64,000 bases of DNA from Flaccisagitta enflata (GCA_965153355.1 OZ231126.1:35836001-35900000); one strand, 5' to 3'; positions 27,682 to 41,776 are shown, counted from the first letter of the stretch. Notes: generated by a model not told the origin, from the sequence alone. Program-made: numbers and translations.

Positions 27682-28037
27682 TATATAGTTCCATAACCTC
27701 TGATTATCCCCCCCCCCTTTGATTTTCTTCCCCGCGACACATTGCGCCGCATAAACAAATCTTTGATTTTTTTCCATAAAGCAATACACCGGCGGGGGGG
27801 GGGGGATACGGATACGAGTACGGATACGCGACTCTATAAGCCTTTTTTCAGTCCATTGGTCCGTCTCAAAATAGTCTTTCAAGGTATTCCGCTCCTATCC
27901 ACCCGTCCGCGACTAATGCCGCCGTGTATATGGCCGTGTTTTCCAGTTTTTTCTCCTTTCCCCCAGATTTCCTCTTATTTTCTTCCACTTATATTTTCCT
28001 TTTTGTGGATTGTAAGATCCACTTGATTGTGGGTGGA

Positions 28038-28229
28038 TTTTTAGTCACCTGCACGCGACTCTACAACCCGCTTTGTCCGCCCATCAGGCGGTCGGTCGGC
28101 CACACTTTACTTTTTTTTATGATTTTATTTCTTTGACCCCACTGCTCCTGCCCAAATGGTCTAATAAACTTAAATATGGCCTCTGCCCACCAGCACGCGA
28201 CTTCGGTAGCCGTGTATCCGGCCTTGTTT
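28038..28229 (+). mobile_element. Family A element
   Basis: tttttagtcacctgcacgcgact..cacgcgacttcggtagccgtgtatccggccttgtt. Confidence 0.75.
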
Positions 28230-29194
28230 TCACTACTATTCGCTTTTTTTTTTCTTTCTCTTTCTTTTTCCTGTTTTCTTCTTCTTCGTCTTCATCTTCG
28301 TCTTCGTCGTCATTGACGTCTTTGTCGTCTTTGTCATCGTTGTCTTCGTCATTGTTTTCATCATCTTATTCTTCATCTTTGTTGTCTTTGGGTTCTTCTT
28401 CTTCTTCTTCTTCTTCTTCTTCTTCTTCTTCTTCTTCTTCTTCTTCTTCTTCTTCTTCTTCTTCTTCTTCTTCTTCTTCTTTTCTTCCTCTTCCTTTTCT
28501 TCTTAGTCTTCTTTTTCTTCTTCTCTTTTTCTTCTTCTTCTTCTTCTTCTTCTTCGTTTTATTCATCCTCCCCCGCCGCTCCGTACAATTTGATTTGCGT
28601 TGAATCCGCCGTTGAATCGACGGCGCCGCCCTGCTTTATTTCATGCTGTTACGGCATTGTTTCATAATTAACAGAGAATTCATTTACACTACGGGAAAGA
28701 GGGGGAAATTCTGCACTTTCAATTTAAATCTTAGGTGTTAACTCCAATTTGTTTGGTCACTGTGAAATTTCAAAGTTGATCCTAACAATTACAGAAATAA
28801 AGAGTGAATTGTTATTTACGTTGCGCAGAAAATTTATCGCGCGCGTTCTTTAGCAGGCTGCAGTCGATTCTCGACTTGTGCATAATTCAAACTTGTGTTT
28901 GAAACTTAAGAATTTGTAAAGGCAGTTGAGTTCAAAGAAGAAAGAAAGTTAAAGTGTGTCGCCTTCAGAGAGGTTCATTACGATAAGTAAAATTGTCATA
29001 ACATCTAAACTATTTAAGCAATCAACGTGAAATTTGAAACAAAGACTAATGATGATATGGCGGACATACGGTTTAAAAATGATAGTCGTGAGCGGATATT
29101 AACAACGGGTCACCTCGGTCTCTATCCAAGCCGTGAACACTTTTTCACATTTCTCCCCTTTTCCACTTCTCATCGATTATTTAAATTTTCATTG

Positions 29195-29410
<216 letters not shown>

Positions 29411-30529
29411 AATAGAAAGAGAGAGAGGAATCAGACAAAAAGACAATCAAAGAGACAGACAGAAAGATGTAAGATGTAAGGAAGACAAGATTTACCGAGT
29501 ACGTCTTTATTCTGTTCCAAATGTTTTGATAGTAATTATGTATTCTTATTAACATGCCAGTTCGAAGACCTCAAATGTCAAACCCTGACGTCTTTTATTG
29601 ATTGGTTTGCGTGGCGTAAAATTTTAGTCTGAGAGCTTAATAAATTTGCGACGCCTAATTGCGTTTATTCGACATTTCATTCCCGTCAAAAATGTTAATT
29701 AGGGGCAGCGGACAATATCAGCCAAATTTAACGCAAAAAGTTTTCAATATGAAGGAACATGGCTCGGTCCCGACTAGCGACCGAGCCCATTTTCAGACAA
29801 TATTACCTATATTAGAACGTGAACGTTTTCCCAGAATTTCTGTGATTATTTCGATAGACAAACCCGCTCCCCATAAACGTGAGTGGAGCGGAGCGGCTGA
29901 TCCCGACTATCAAAAGTAAAATCATTGGATGCTTTCCCCAGAATTCATGAGCTGCAAAGACTAAGTAATTTCTGCCTTAACCTTGGACGAGAATGAACTC
30001 GGCTCAAATCGTTCATCAAATTCAAGCAGACGTCATGACAGATTTTGCGCCGTTGGCAATTTCATCTTACTTTTAACCCTCACTTCATAAAATTGAGAAA
30101 AAAAAAGCAATTTGTCTTCCACGTTTTCTGTTTTCTGCGCGAGATGTTTTTTTTCACACACTTTCCGACGCGATTGGATTTTCAACTCCTATTTATCATA
30201 CTCTTCCTTATTTTTTATTCTTTATTACTTCTTTTTTCTTCTTCTACATCTTGCACCGTCAAAACAAAGAAAATTCCTTAGGATTAACCGACAATATTTG
30301 CATATTCATTGGATCATGAATGGCGACGCGATTCCCCTACTTGCCCATCGCGAAAAATCATATCAAGCCATAAATGTCATGCAATTAATTCATATGCGTC
30401 GGAAATGTGCCGGGCCGCGGGCACACGAATTTCTAAAATTGCTGTTAGTTTGATCGTTCCATGGTCAGAGTGGCTCAATTACATTTAAAAGATGCAAGCG
30501 ATTTTCAAAACACTACCCGCGACTGGGAG

Positions 30530-30741
30530 GCCGTAGGAAGAGATTTCGTTGGAGCTGTCCCGACTGTAGGGAGAAATGAAAATGTTGACCATTAAATAAG
30601 GCTCCACTAGTAAAATTTTCTGGCCTTGTACAGACTTCAATGACAAGACGCCTCTGATTACTAGTGGAGCCTTATTTAATGGTCAACATTTTCATTTCTC
30701 CCTACAGTCGGGACAGCTCCAACGAAATCTCTTCCTACGGC
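30530..30741. repeat. Perfect 84-bp inverted repeat with a 44-bp spacer
   Basis: 30530-30613 is the exact reverse complement of 30658-30741. Confidence 0.92.
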
Positions 30742-30999
30742 AATCCTGATGAAACAATGAAAAAGAAAGGGCGTCCCTATCCTTGGCTATAAACGTCAAA
30801 AACTCCATTTAATAAAAACATCTCAGCTTTAATCCGACGTTAATCTCTCGACTTGATGATCTCGATCGGTTCTTCGTCAATTTGATCTTTTTACTTGCAT
30901 AGTCTTAAAATGAATCAAGTTTTCAATTTCTCTTCAGACGAGAAAATCCGTATTTACGACATAACAGAGGGAGAAAGGGAGAGAGAATATTGAATATTG

Positions 31000-31084
<85 letters not shown>

Positions 31085-31736
31085 GGGGCAGAGAGACATA
31101 GTGTCAGAGGAATTAGTGGTTTAGCAAAGCTACAAAGAGAAGGAATTACAGAGACAGAAAAACCGAAACAACGATTTTACTTTTCTTCTTTGAAGAAAAT
31201 CAATAAAATTGACCCACAAATATTTCTCTCTTTCTCAGTTTTCTGTCTTACTGTCGTTGCCTTTGTTTTCCCGTAATGAAGTTGGTCATGAAACAGCGGG
31301 TGGAAAAGTGTGGCGGCCGTCGGTGGGTGGAGGAAGAGGAAGAGGAGGAGGAGGAAGAGGAGCGATCGACGACGCTCGAAGAAGTGGGAATTTAGGAATC
31401 CCATCGTCAATTATGGATAAACACCAAAGCGTGTTAGGATTCTTTCCCTTAAACTGTGTACGGCTATTGTTTTTTGAAAGGCATATAATAGAGGTGCTAA
31501 TGAAAAACCCCGTTAAATCTGTTTTTATAAGATGATGGCGTTGGTGGTAGCCTGGTTTAGGTGTCGTCCCCGTTGTCGTAACTTTGACCGAAATAAAGTA
31601 AAACGACATTTATCAAATTTTGTACCTAGAACTTGATTGTTACCATCGAGGGACATTCTGTAATAAAGGAGGAAAGTAAGACAGTTCGTTGAATGTTGGT
31701 GTACATCATCGTTGACCGTGGCATTTTGACCTCTCG

Positions 31737-32182
<446 letters not shown>

Positions 32183-33857
32183 TATCTTGGTCGCTGTTTA
32201 CCGAGACGACTTTTATCAAGTCATGGATGTTATGAGGCTCATGTTACTTCGTGGCCGAGATCAAAGGTCGTCTTTTGAAAGGTCGATTTGGGAGGGAAGA
32301 TCATTATTTCAAAACTCAACCGACTGGAAAAGGGTCAACTTGAGTAACTTAGAATCATCATCAAGACATTCTTGGTCCAGGACATAACATCGACCTAAGC
32401 TGGTGCGCTATGCATACCTTAAAATGACCTAAAGCACTATAAAAAAAGACTATTTGCGCCAAAATTTTGGACGGACCGACCGACGGACCGACACAGCAAT
32501 GTGTAGAGTTTCGTGTCCGCGAATGAAAAACGATATTTCAGAGGTGGACTAATTAACACGGCAAAGTTGTTTCAGAGTTCACGTTATTAGTTCATTGCTA
32601 TAATCTACTTAGATAAATCTCTCCAAAGTTCCGTACTCGATTTTCGATCTAATTCTTTGTAATTCAGTTAAAATCCATTGTCCCCCACCCGATTCGCGGC
32701 AACATGCCAAAGCAAAGAGCATTTTGTCCGCAATCCACATTCTTCGTCATTTTTTTTCATGCATGGCAAAATTGAGGAAGCCTTTTGTTTCTTTTTTCCG
32801 TATCTCGGGTGGTTATTTGCAGAAATTCAACCAGTGACCGTCATCAAACATGAGTTAAATTCAATTATGGTTGATTGAGCAGTAATCCTATTTACATAAT
32901 CTCTGAATGTGGATTCGTTAAAAAAAAAGAGATATGAAAGGAAAGAGTTTGCCTTTGATTTTAGGCTTTGAGTTTGAAAAATCTGTATTGACGTTTCTTT
33001 TTCGTTCTTCAATGTTTTTTTTTCTTTTTTTTTTTGCGACAAAGCATCTCTGTTTCATGATGGTTGCCCACTCTTTGTTTGATAATTTATTTGGTTTGCC
33101 TTTCAAAGCACCATATCACGACAATCGTGAAGCCACAGGCCCTTGCTGTAAGCTTACTCGATCAAAAGACAACTACTTAAGATAATGTGAATGAGGGCAC
33201 CATGATGCATCTCTGCTAAGTAGGCCTACCAGCATGCAGAACTAAAGTAATATACGATGAACAGGTTGGGCGATGTTGAGTCTTCTCTTGTTAGCCGGGA
33301 TTCGGGAGCGATCGCCTCATATTCAGCGCTAAGCGCTACACCGTCTTTGCAAGCTATCACACCTACCAGATTGGGAGGCAATCAACCGCAACGCTCCCGC
33401 ATCGCTGTTCAATGAATACCGGCATCTTAAATAACCATACTCTGGGCTGGGTTTGGATCTATCACGTGTCCCCTGACTTGGATTGTAACCATGAAACCAG
33501 CATTTGGGCCCATATAAATTTTGACTTTAGCCATGAAACAGAGATTTTGGCAAAGGGACATGAAACCAGGAATTGGACCTCTGGAGTCTGGAGACACTCG
33601 AATTAGGAAATCGGGACAACAGAAAAGGGTAAGCCTGAAGCTGTAGGAAAAGCAGAGCTTTACTTTTTCGATGCCACCGTCAGGGGCAATAACCACTAAA
33701 ATCAAGTATCACGGCATTCCCCATTGTGCCGAGGTAAAAAAAAACCAATCCTATTCTATTAACGATAGGTGAAATTCATTTTAAAGGGAAATATCGAGAA
33801 TACCGCGGTGAAGAAAAACCGTCCATTAATTTTTGATCACCTCTAATTGGTGAGAGT

Positions 33858-34169
33858 TTTTAGACGCGTGCACGCGACTCTACACCCCGCTTTTTCCGTC
33901 CATCCGTCCATCTGTCGGTCTGTCTGTCGGTCGGTCGGTCCGTCACACTTTTACTTTAATTATCAATCTTAACTCCTATAGTCATTTAAGAGTATATTGA
34001 GTCATCCTAAGTCATTCTAAGTCATTCTAAGGGGGTATTCGCATTGGGAGAATTATCAAGATGTTACATAGGGAATATCTGGATATCATCTTGACAATAT
34101 GCCCAATGCGAAAACCCCTTATGTCATTATGTAAGTCTCGCACGCGACTTAGAGGTGTTGGCCTTGTTT
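33858..34169 (+). mobile_element. Family A element with a 10-bp (gtcattctaa) repeat and a nested palindromic mini-MITE of about 90 bp (34028-34121)
   Basis: Family A ends; insert taagggggtattcgcattggg..cccaatgcgaaaacccctta; uninterrupted relative at about 55530-55903 (-). Confidence 0.65.
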
Positions 34170-34728
34170 TTTTCTACAAGTAAGAAAAAGGACGGCTTAA
34201 TAAGAATAACAACCGGGGCAAGGAAAAAAAAATCTACACTTATAGAAATGTCTCTGAACATCTGAAATAATGATCCTCACTCTTTTAATTGTTTTATTTA
34301 CCTTTGATTAATTTCTTTTCCTGCTTTGGCTGGTCAAAATACTTGTCTGAATGGGTTATCCAATAAGGATTCCAGTGTAGTATTTTTCTCTCTTTTCAGC
34401 CTGAGGAGTGACAAACTTTTCTAGTTTTCAATCAAGAAAAAAATGATCTTGAAAAAAAAAACTGAATCTGGCTAAGACTAAGACAATATAAGCTTCACCT
34501 AAGCAACGAGTGTTCTGAGAATTCTCCTATGGTTATTTTCCCAAGTCTCGTCGTCGCCAATACACTAAAAACCTTTGCAGACAACTTTTTTAAGTACTGG
34601 GCTTTCTTATTTCAACCACTCAAAGAAATCGTCTAGGATTGCAGGAAAAACATCTCTAATTTCTAAACATCATTTTCTGAATATTCCCACCCTTATTCTT
34701 AACGAGAATGAGAGAGCCAGAGAGAGAG

Positions 34729-34859
<131 letters not shown>

Positions 34860-34976
34860 GGGAGACGTTGAAATTTGTATTCCCAACTCCCAAGTCTTTT
34901 CAATTTGGCAGCAATACCGGAAGAAACTTCCTTCAATATCGAAAAAAAAAGATTTCGAGATTATCCTTTAGGGACT

Positions 34977-35079
<103 letters not shown>

Positions 35080-35973
35080 CCGTTCATCGTTCAGTTGGTC
35101 CGTTGGTTTATCACTCACGCTCAAATATGAATTTTGATTGGTAATTCATGTTTCTATTGGAAACGTCCTGAATATTAAATTTCATATCGTTTTTAGTCGC
35201 GTGCTACGCGACTCTACACCCCGCTTTGCTTTGTCCGTCCGTCTGTTATGGGTCCATGGTATATATGCAAAAGGGAATTCTGACCAGCACGACGCCGAAA
35301 ACAAAGCAGATGAGTCATAATGTCACAAAATGGAAATGGACGCTTATCAGTCATTGATGGTACTGGGTTTGGAACTTGGGATGTCCACTTAGCGATGCCA
35401 AATGAAAACCATTGCAATATGAAGCGATGATAAGCTATCAGACTAAAACAGTATACGGTCTTTCCTTCATATGGAAGACCAATTTTCGGACGGAAAATAT
35501 GGTGCAGAGGGAAAAGAGAAGAAGCAAGACGCAGATGATGGCGGCCAGTGCCGTCTTCTGAGCTGGCGTCTTTGGACTGGGCGCCAGAGTGGCTTCTAAA
35601 AACGCCATAGAGCCCTCCTCGCATTTCCGAGGCGGCTGCACCAGCGTCAATCCTTGCGAAGCTGGCTTGAAAGAATTGGGCAAGCCTTCGTCGCATTTGT
35701 CGCCTGTGTGAAGAAGAGGGATTGGACAGCTTCAATTGTAGATTCAGCGATTCCCGAAATCGCTGCGAGAGTAATCGAGAATGACATGAAATCCAAGTCC
35801 TGCCTAAATCGCTAGACATCATCAATTGGCTGATGGCGGGAGATCCATAGACCCCGATGCCTTCGTCCACGGTGGTAAAGATGGTTTTCCCAATGCCCCA
35901 ACAGAGCGGACGTTCTTATTGATTTTGGTCCAGGTTTTTCCAAAGTCCTTAGAGAGATGAACGGAGAAGCCGC

Positions 35974-37225
35974 GAAGTTTGGGGTTTCTCGACTGCCCTG
36001 TTCGTCAGCCTTCCTATGCGGATGACTTTACAATCAGCCAGTCGTCTTCTGAATTAGCTGAGATTGAAAGAAGACTGCAGAGCGACGTTGATGCCGTGGA
36101 AGCCTGGGCTATCAGCAAAGAGCTTGTCATCGCTCCTTCCAAGTCTTCAATCACGTTCTTCACCCCCGACAAAGCTCGTCAGTCTCGCACTCACCCGAAT
36201 GTCACCATCGCCGGCGCCCAGATTCCTCTGAACAAGACGGCCAAAATCCTTGGCGTGACCATGGACACCCACTTCTGTTTCCATGCCCACGCTGCTGATT
36301 TGGTCAAATCATGTAAGAAGAAACTGGGAATACTCCGCGCCCTTGCTGGCACCGGTTGGGGCTGCCAGAAGGAATTGCTGCTCCGTACATTTAAAACCTA
36401 CGTCGAGCCTAAGATCAGCTATGCTGCCGCCGTTTGGTCACCAAATGCTAGTGATGCTTCTTTCGGCTCCATCCAAAAGATCCAGAACACCGCTCTTCGC
36501 ATCGCCACCGGCTGCCACAAAGCCGCCACTGTCGAGCATCTCCATCATGAGGCCAAATTCCCTCTCGTCCGTGATCACCTCGATATGCTTTCTGCGCAAC
36601 ATCTTGCCAGCTGTCTCCGTCCCTCGCATCCCTCTAACGCCGTCGTCACCGCTCCTTCCGGCCCCCGTTCCATGAAGGCAACCCTTCAGAGCAAACATCA
36701 GGCTGCCGTCGATCCCTACCTTACTAACGGCTCTGTTGACCCGGCCACTTACAAGACTGTCCTTAAAAACATCCACACGGACTCAATCGCCGCTTCCATC
36801 GAGAAACTGAAAGCCGTCAACCCGCTTCTCAACACCACGCCGCCAGAAATTTCACCATCAGAGAAAAACCTCAGTCGTATCCAGCGCACAACTTTGGCTC
36901 AATTGCGCTCTGGCAGCTGCCGCCTCTTAAACGATTACAAGGTCCTCCTAGGTCACACGCGTTCTGCCTTATGCCCGGAATGTCTTTTCCACCGTCATAC
37001 TTCTAAACATATATTTGAATGTGATGCTGTCCCAACTAATTTGACGCCGCGGGACCTCTGGGTCAACCCGGCAACTGTCGTCGGCTTCCTCCAAACTCTC
37101 CCTTCTTTTTCGTCTTTGCTTCCTGCTAATCCCCCGCCTCCTCCACCTCCTCCTCAACCTCCTGACTCTACTTGACCCAGCGAAGTTTTCTACGTGGCTT
37201 CGCCACCCGGGGAAACAACAACAAC
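35974..37225 (+). mobile_element. 5'-truncated non-LTR retrotransposon (RTE-X-like LINE)
   Basis: 14-bp TSD aacggagaagccgc at 35960-35973 and 37226-37239; (AAC)n 3' tail; short 3' UTR with a stem-loop (gcgaag..cttcgc). Confidence 0.92.
35979..37175 (+). CDS. C-terminal part of LINE reverse transcriptase ORF (no true start)
   Basis: Uninterrupted 398 codons beginning just before the catalytic YADD; KILGVTMD, LRALAGTGWG, IQNTALRIATG, LAQLRSG and the C-terminal CPEC..H..HIFEC motif, all typical of LINE RTs. Confidence 0.9.
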   Translation: MGFLDCPVRQPSYADDFTISQSSSELAEIERRLQSDVDAVEAWAISKELVIAPSKSSITFFTPDKARQSRTHPNVTIAGAQIPLNKTAKILGVTMDTHFCFHAHAADLVKSCKKKLGILRALAGTGWGCQKELLLRTFKTYVEPKISYAAAVWSPNASDASFGSIQKIQNTALRIATGCHKAATVEHLHHEAKFPLVRDHLDMLSAQHLASCLRPSHPSNAVVTAPSGPRSMKATLQSKHQAAVDPYLTNGSVDPATYKTVLKNIHTDSIAASIEKLKAVNPLLNTTPPEISPSEKNLSRIQRTTLAQLRSGSCRLLNDYKVLLGHTRSALCPECLFHRHTSKHIFECDAVPTNLTPRDLWVNPATVVGFLQTLPSFSSLLPANPPPPPPPPQPPDST

Positions 37226-38402
37226 AACGGAGAAGCCGCTAAAGCGAGAAAAGGCGAGGAGCAGATCTGGATTGTAGCGGTGGAAAAAGATTCTGCCGTC
37301 GACGTGGACCGAAGTCATATATTTCTCCAACCAACGCCGGCGTCTTCGGTGATCCACAGTTCAGACTGCCTCATCCTTTGCGCTTTCAGCCCGAAGCGGA
37401 TCACAATGATTTTCGAGATGTCGATCGGGGACGGTTGAAGTCCGTTGTCTTTCCGGCCGTAAAATTCTTCGCTCCCCTCTGCGCCGCCTCCGATTTTCCG
37501 CGTAAAAGTGATGCCGCCATTGACGCTGACAAAGATGGACGAGTTAGACGTGTCACCGCCGATGTCCAGCGGTCCCAACATGAAGCTGGGCATGGAGAGA
37601 ACGATCACGTGACGATTCTCTTTTCCAGCTATGGCAAACATCACTTCCTCTTTGCTTCAATTCCCAAAAGCTAACTCGGAAGTGCCTTTGATCAGTGTAG
37701 TGTCGTCATCGTCCGTGACTTGAGCGTCAAATTTCGCTTGTTGCTCGGCGTTTATGGTGCATATTGGAGCTAAAGAGGTGGAAGCAGAGTAGTCGAGAAA
37801 GAGGCAAACCGACAGAAGGAAAAGAGTAGCAGCTTATGCAAGCGCGTTGTATTTTGTTAGGTTGATCATCGTCTTTGTTTATTTCCTCTGTTTTCGATTT
37901 TTGCCGATGTTTGAGTCCTGGAAGTTCGCCAATACAACGGTACGTCGTTATCATTGACTTCGTCTCTGCCAAAGTTCTTTCTCTACATGATTGGCTAACT
38001 TTGAAAGAAGATTAACAGCCTGGTTATCAATACAACCATTTTTCTGTAATATTTTTTGAGTCGCGTGCTACGCGCTTTGTCCGTCCGTACGTCCGTCGGT
38101 CTATTGGTCGGTCACATTTTATTTTTTTTTTCTGGTTTTTTTTTATTCTTTGACCCCACTGCTCCTTTCCAAATGATCTAAAAACCTCAGATATGGCCCC
38201 TGTCCACCCGCATGCGACTGGGGTAGCCGTGTATCTGGCCTCATATCCGGCCTTAATAATCATATTTCAAGGCCTGAATGTTCGGAAATATCGGGTTGTT
38301 CTTCCTTGAAATATCTTAATTCAGACTCATACCTTTCGCGATGTTTTTTCTTGGCGCCACAATGTGAGTCCCGGTTATGAACCCAAACTGATAAAATGAT
38401 TA

Positions 38403-39016
38403 AGTCGTGGTGCAGAACAGCGTCAAATTTAACAAATCATTCTGTTCTGTGATGGAATACGCTGCTATGCAGCGAAAATATAACAAAAACTAAAGTCTTA
38501 TGCATGCTTTATGATCCCTAAATCAATTAAAAAGCGGTTAACTGACCAATGGTATTGATCTCGCATCGGTAGAGTCGCAGCATACTCAGTGAAACAACAG
38601 ATTTTCTTAAAAAGAATTGCACGGAAAACATTAGGTGTTGCCACGTGAAAAACCGAATCTGTCTCTGAATGCAAAATTTTGCATTTTTAAACACATGGCC
38701 TGTTTCTTAAAAGTGTTTAGACTGATGCCATGTTTTTCAAAATGCAAAATTTTGAATTCAGAGATAGATTCGGTTTTTCACGTGAGACATGTCTGTGCAC
38801 AAGAATCAATTTTTGTAAAAAATCCATCAATTTGGCATCCTTTTTTCTCACATTTCCTCAGTATATGGTACAGAAAAACGCTTTTCTATGCAAAAAATTG
38901 ATGATTACCAACTACAAACCTTTATCTTAATAAAAAATCTTTGAATAGATAAAAACAAAAAATATTGTATAAACTGTTTTGACTGGTCAAATTGCGTGCT
39001 CATTTGCACTGTGACT
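38403..39016 (+). mobile_element. Related, diverged TA-flanked MITE
   Basis: Termini agtcgtggtgcag / ttgcactgtgact with TA flanks; central palindrome 38642-38784. Confidence 0.55.
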
Positions 39017-40501
39017 TAACCTTTTTGATTTTAATCTGAAACTCCTTCATTCAGTAAGGACTGGTTTCTCCCAAAAACGGTTACACGAAAATGAAGTTTA
39101 ATGACGACCTGGAACAAAACACGGGAAAACCAGGTTGTGGGAGACAAAGAGATATTTACCGGTTGAGAAAATTTCAATTGACTCGTTATAACCTGAACTG
39201 ATACGTTGGCTGATGATAATGATGATAATGATAATAATGATAATGATGATTATTGCCGACCGCAACAAATCGTGAGCAGTCAGTGGCCAAATAAGTTGGA
39301 TCAAACTTAACTAGGGATGTGGAAGCTCGCTCTTGACCGCTTCGATTTTGGTGGGTGGGGTTGCTACTATACAAATATTTGATACTACTATACTATTATA
39401 CTAATATTGGAACTACAAAATGGAAGCGGAAGCGGAAGTGAAAAAAACTAATTAAAATCTTTGACTATTTTGAAGCCCTTTGAAAAGACTTTCATTTGGC
39501 GCCAATCTGGTATAGCAATCTTTTTTGTTTAAAAATGGCTTTTAAGTTGAATAAGAATATTGCATATTTCAATTTCGCAATTCCAATGCATTTTAGCAAA
39601 ATAGTGCTTCTCTTTGCTGAACGTTAGGTTCTCAACCGTTTGAGATACAGACCTGGGGTTGGTCTAGAACGAAAGATTTTTTCAGAATTTTTAAAAATGA
39701 TTCCACTGGAAACAGTTTTCGGATCTATTTTATTGAAAAACAAAGAGGTGCGTCTTTTTTTATTTATGCAGTAGGTGGGCAGGAGCAGTGAAAGTTGCCT
39801 AATTTATATTTAAGCAGGGACAGTTGTGAGGAATTGAAAAAATTAGGTTAGTATCATCTGAGATAAATTGCGTCAATGCTGGGAAGATTTGAGGGATAGA
39901 CCAACCAACGCACTAACTGACTGTAATCATCTTCAGGGTTTCTAGGCAAAACTCAAAAATCAAAAAACGTTTTTCGGTAGCAGATATTTACTCAAACAGA
40001 CATGTACGAGCAAAAAAGTGAAGGACAAGGGAAAAGGGATAGATGGACTGTTGGACAGATTGATGATGACGAATGAGCAGACGGACAATTCGACAATCGG
40101 ACACTTGGAAAACCTCAGGGCAAATGTATTCGGTTAAAAGGTAGAAAACGCAAAGGGCTACGAATTGGGCCCCAAACGATTCTCCCCAACACGAGCACCT
40201 TCAAAGCGTCTGTTCACCCATTCCACATTCTATCGCCGATGCGGTCAAAAAAGGGTCATGATTCATGAATCTGTTAGCCAAAGAACCGCCCTTTCGCCAC
40301 CGGGACCTAGACAGGACCTTCAATTGGATCGTAATCCCAAAGGATTATCTCTCTCGTTCCTTCCTTTCATTTCCCGCTTCCTCCTCTGTCTGATTTCTTG
40401 TCTGAACTGTCTTCCTCTGTTTTTCTATTGTACTCCTGCGATTCCTACATTTCCTGCTCTTCTTTCTGCCTGCCTTTCATCCTTTCTTTCTTACTCTCTT
40501 C

Positions 40502-40571
<70 letters not shown>

Positions 40572-40646
40572 CTCGTCTTTGTTGTTTCTTTATCTGTCTC
40601 TGTCTGTCTCTCTGTCTCTGTCTCTGTCTGTCTCTGTCTCTGTCTG

Positions 40647-40730
<84 letters not shown>

Positions 40731-41438
40731 GGGGGAAGGGGGGAAGTGGCACTGATCCCCAAAAAATCGACGGCATGATCAGTGGGGCAGAGGGCATTTA
40801 CAGGAAGTTGGTTAGCCTGTTATTCGTTGTTCCAACATGATCCACCACTTGCCACCAAACAAAAGTGTCAATGAATTGATTGCTGTCCAATCTTTAGTTT
40901 TCAATGGGAAAATCTCGTGGAAAAAAACCCCATGACATTGTACTCACCTGGAACAAAAAAATTAAGTGATTATAAACGCTGTCATGTCGTATCCTGTGTC
41001 GGCGGTGCCTTTCCTTGACACTTGCATAAAGTGTCACAACCTACACTGCCAACAAGACAGGATACCGAACCAATAAGAAGTCTCTTGCCTTGCAGGTGGA
41101 CAGGGGCAGTTATGCCCTAATGCGAAAGGGTAGGGACAGTTGAGCGAGTGAGCAAGGGCAGTAATGTGGGTGTGCTGGTTTGGATGGGGCAATAATGCTC
41201 GGAATTCAATATTTCGGCCGATTTTGCTTTACCGACCTTCCTTCTATTTATCTTAAGATGCGTCCACGCATCAATATGAGACTCTAGGTCTGAAGGTCCG
41301 AACTCCGAAGGAAGGTCCGTTATAAATTCAAAATTTTCTAAACATGACTTTTAGGGGTTTCTTTTTTATTTCTTTATTATACATCTAAAGAGGACGCATC
41401 AATTGGCCTTGCAAAGGGAAATTACAGACCATGACAGC

Positions 41439-41776
41439 TGGGGGGGTCGGTAACAACGAACTTTGGAAATGCCAATCGGATATATGACCAAAGTGTGCAC
41501 AAAAACGATATATAAACACATGTGAAAGGAAAAAGGAGTCACACCATACCATTTACAGTCGTGCCACACCCCTTATTTACATTGTAATGATTAGGGAGAA
41601 GGAAGAGGAAGAGGAAGCTCCTATACTTTACTATGGGAAAGGTAGGGTTGGCACGACTATAAATGATAAAATCTCATGAACTTTTCCTTCTAGTTCTCAG
41701 GTTGTTTTGTGATTGCGCATGGTCTGGTGATATGTCCGATTGGCATTTCCAAAGTAGGTTGATACCGACCCCCCCA
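41439..41776. mobile_element. hAT-like MITE, 338 bp
   Basis: About 52-bp imperfect TIR starting tgggggggtcggta; 8-bp TSD atgacagc at 41431-41438 and 41777-41784. Confidence 0.85.

Larger units (their letters stand above)
35438..37869 (-). pseudogene. Sort1: Sortilin/VPS10-domain receptor pseudogene, LINE-interrupted and internally deleted
   Basis: ATG at 37869 and a signal-like segment with an in-frame TAA. Asp-box repeats in sortilin order: SIFVSVNGGITF, LWITEDAGVGW, VHLSKDFGKTWTKI, WGIGKTIFTT..LMMSSDLGRTW. Further stops at about 37658 and 37316 plus at least 2 frameshifts. The last exon (acceptor at 35704) encodes GDKCDEG (10CC end), TM TALAAIICVLLLLFSLCTIFSV and a YTVL sorting motif (cf. 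sortilin YSVL). Confidence 0.82.

Noticed and set aside
33258-33423. HDV-like ribozyme or telomerase RNA identity for the structured element
   Set aside because: No valid P1/P3/L3 arrangement found by eye and no telomeric template; kept only as an unknown structure
35214-35870. 218-aa ORF as an independent gene
   Set aside because: Only the first 30 or so codons are in the sortilin frame; the rest is out-of-frame read-through of the pseudogene
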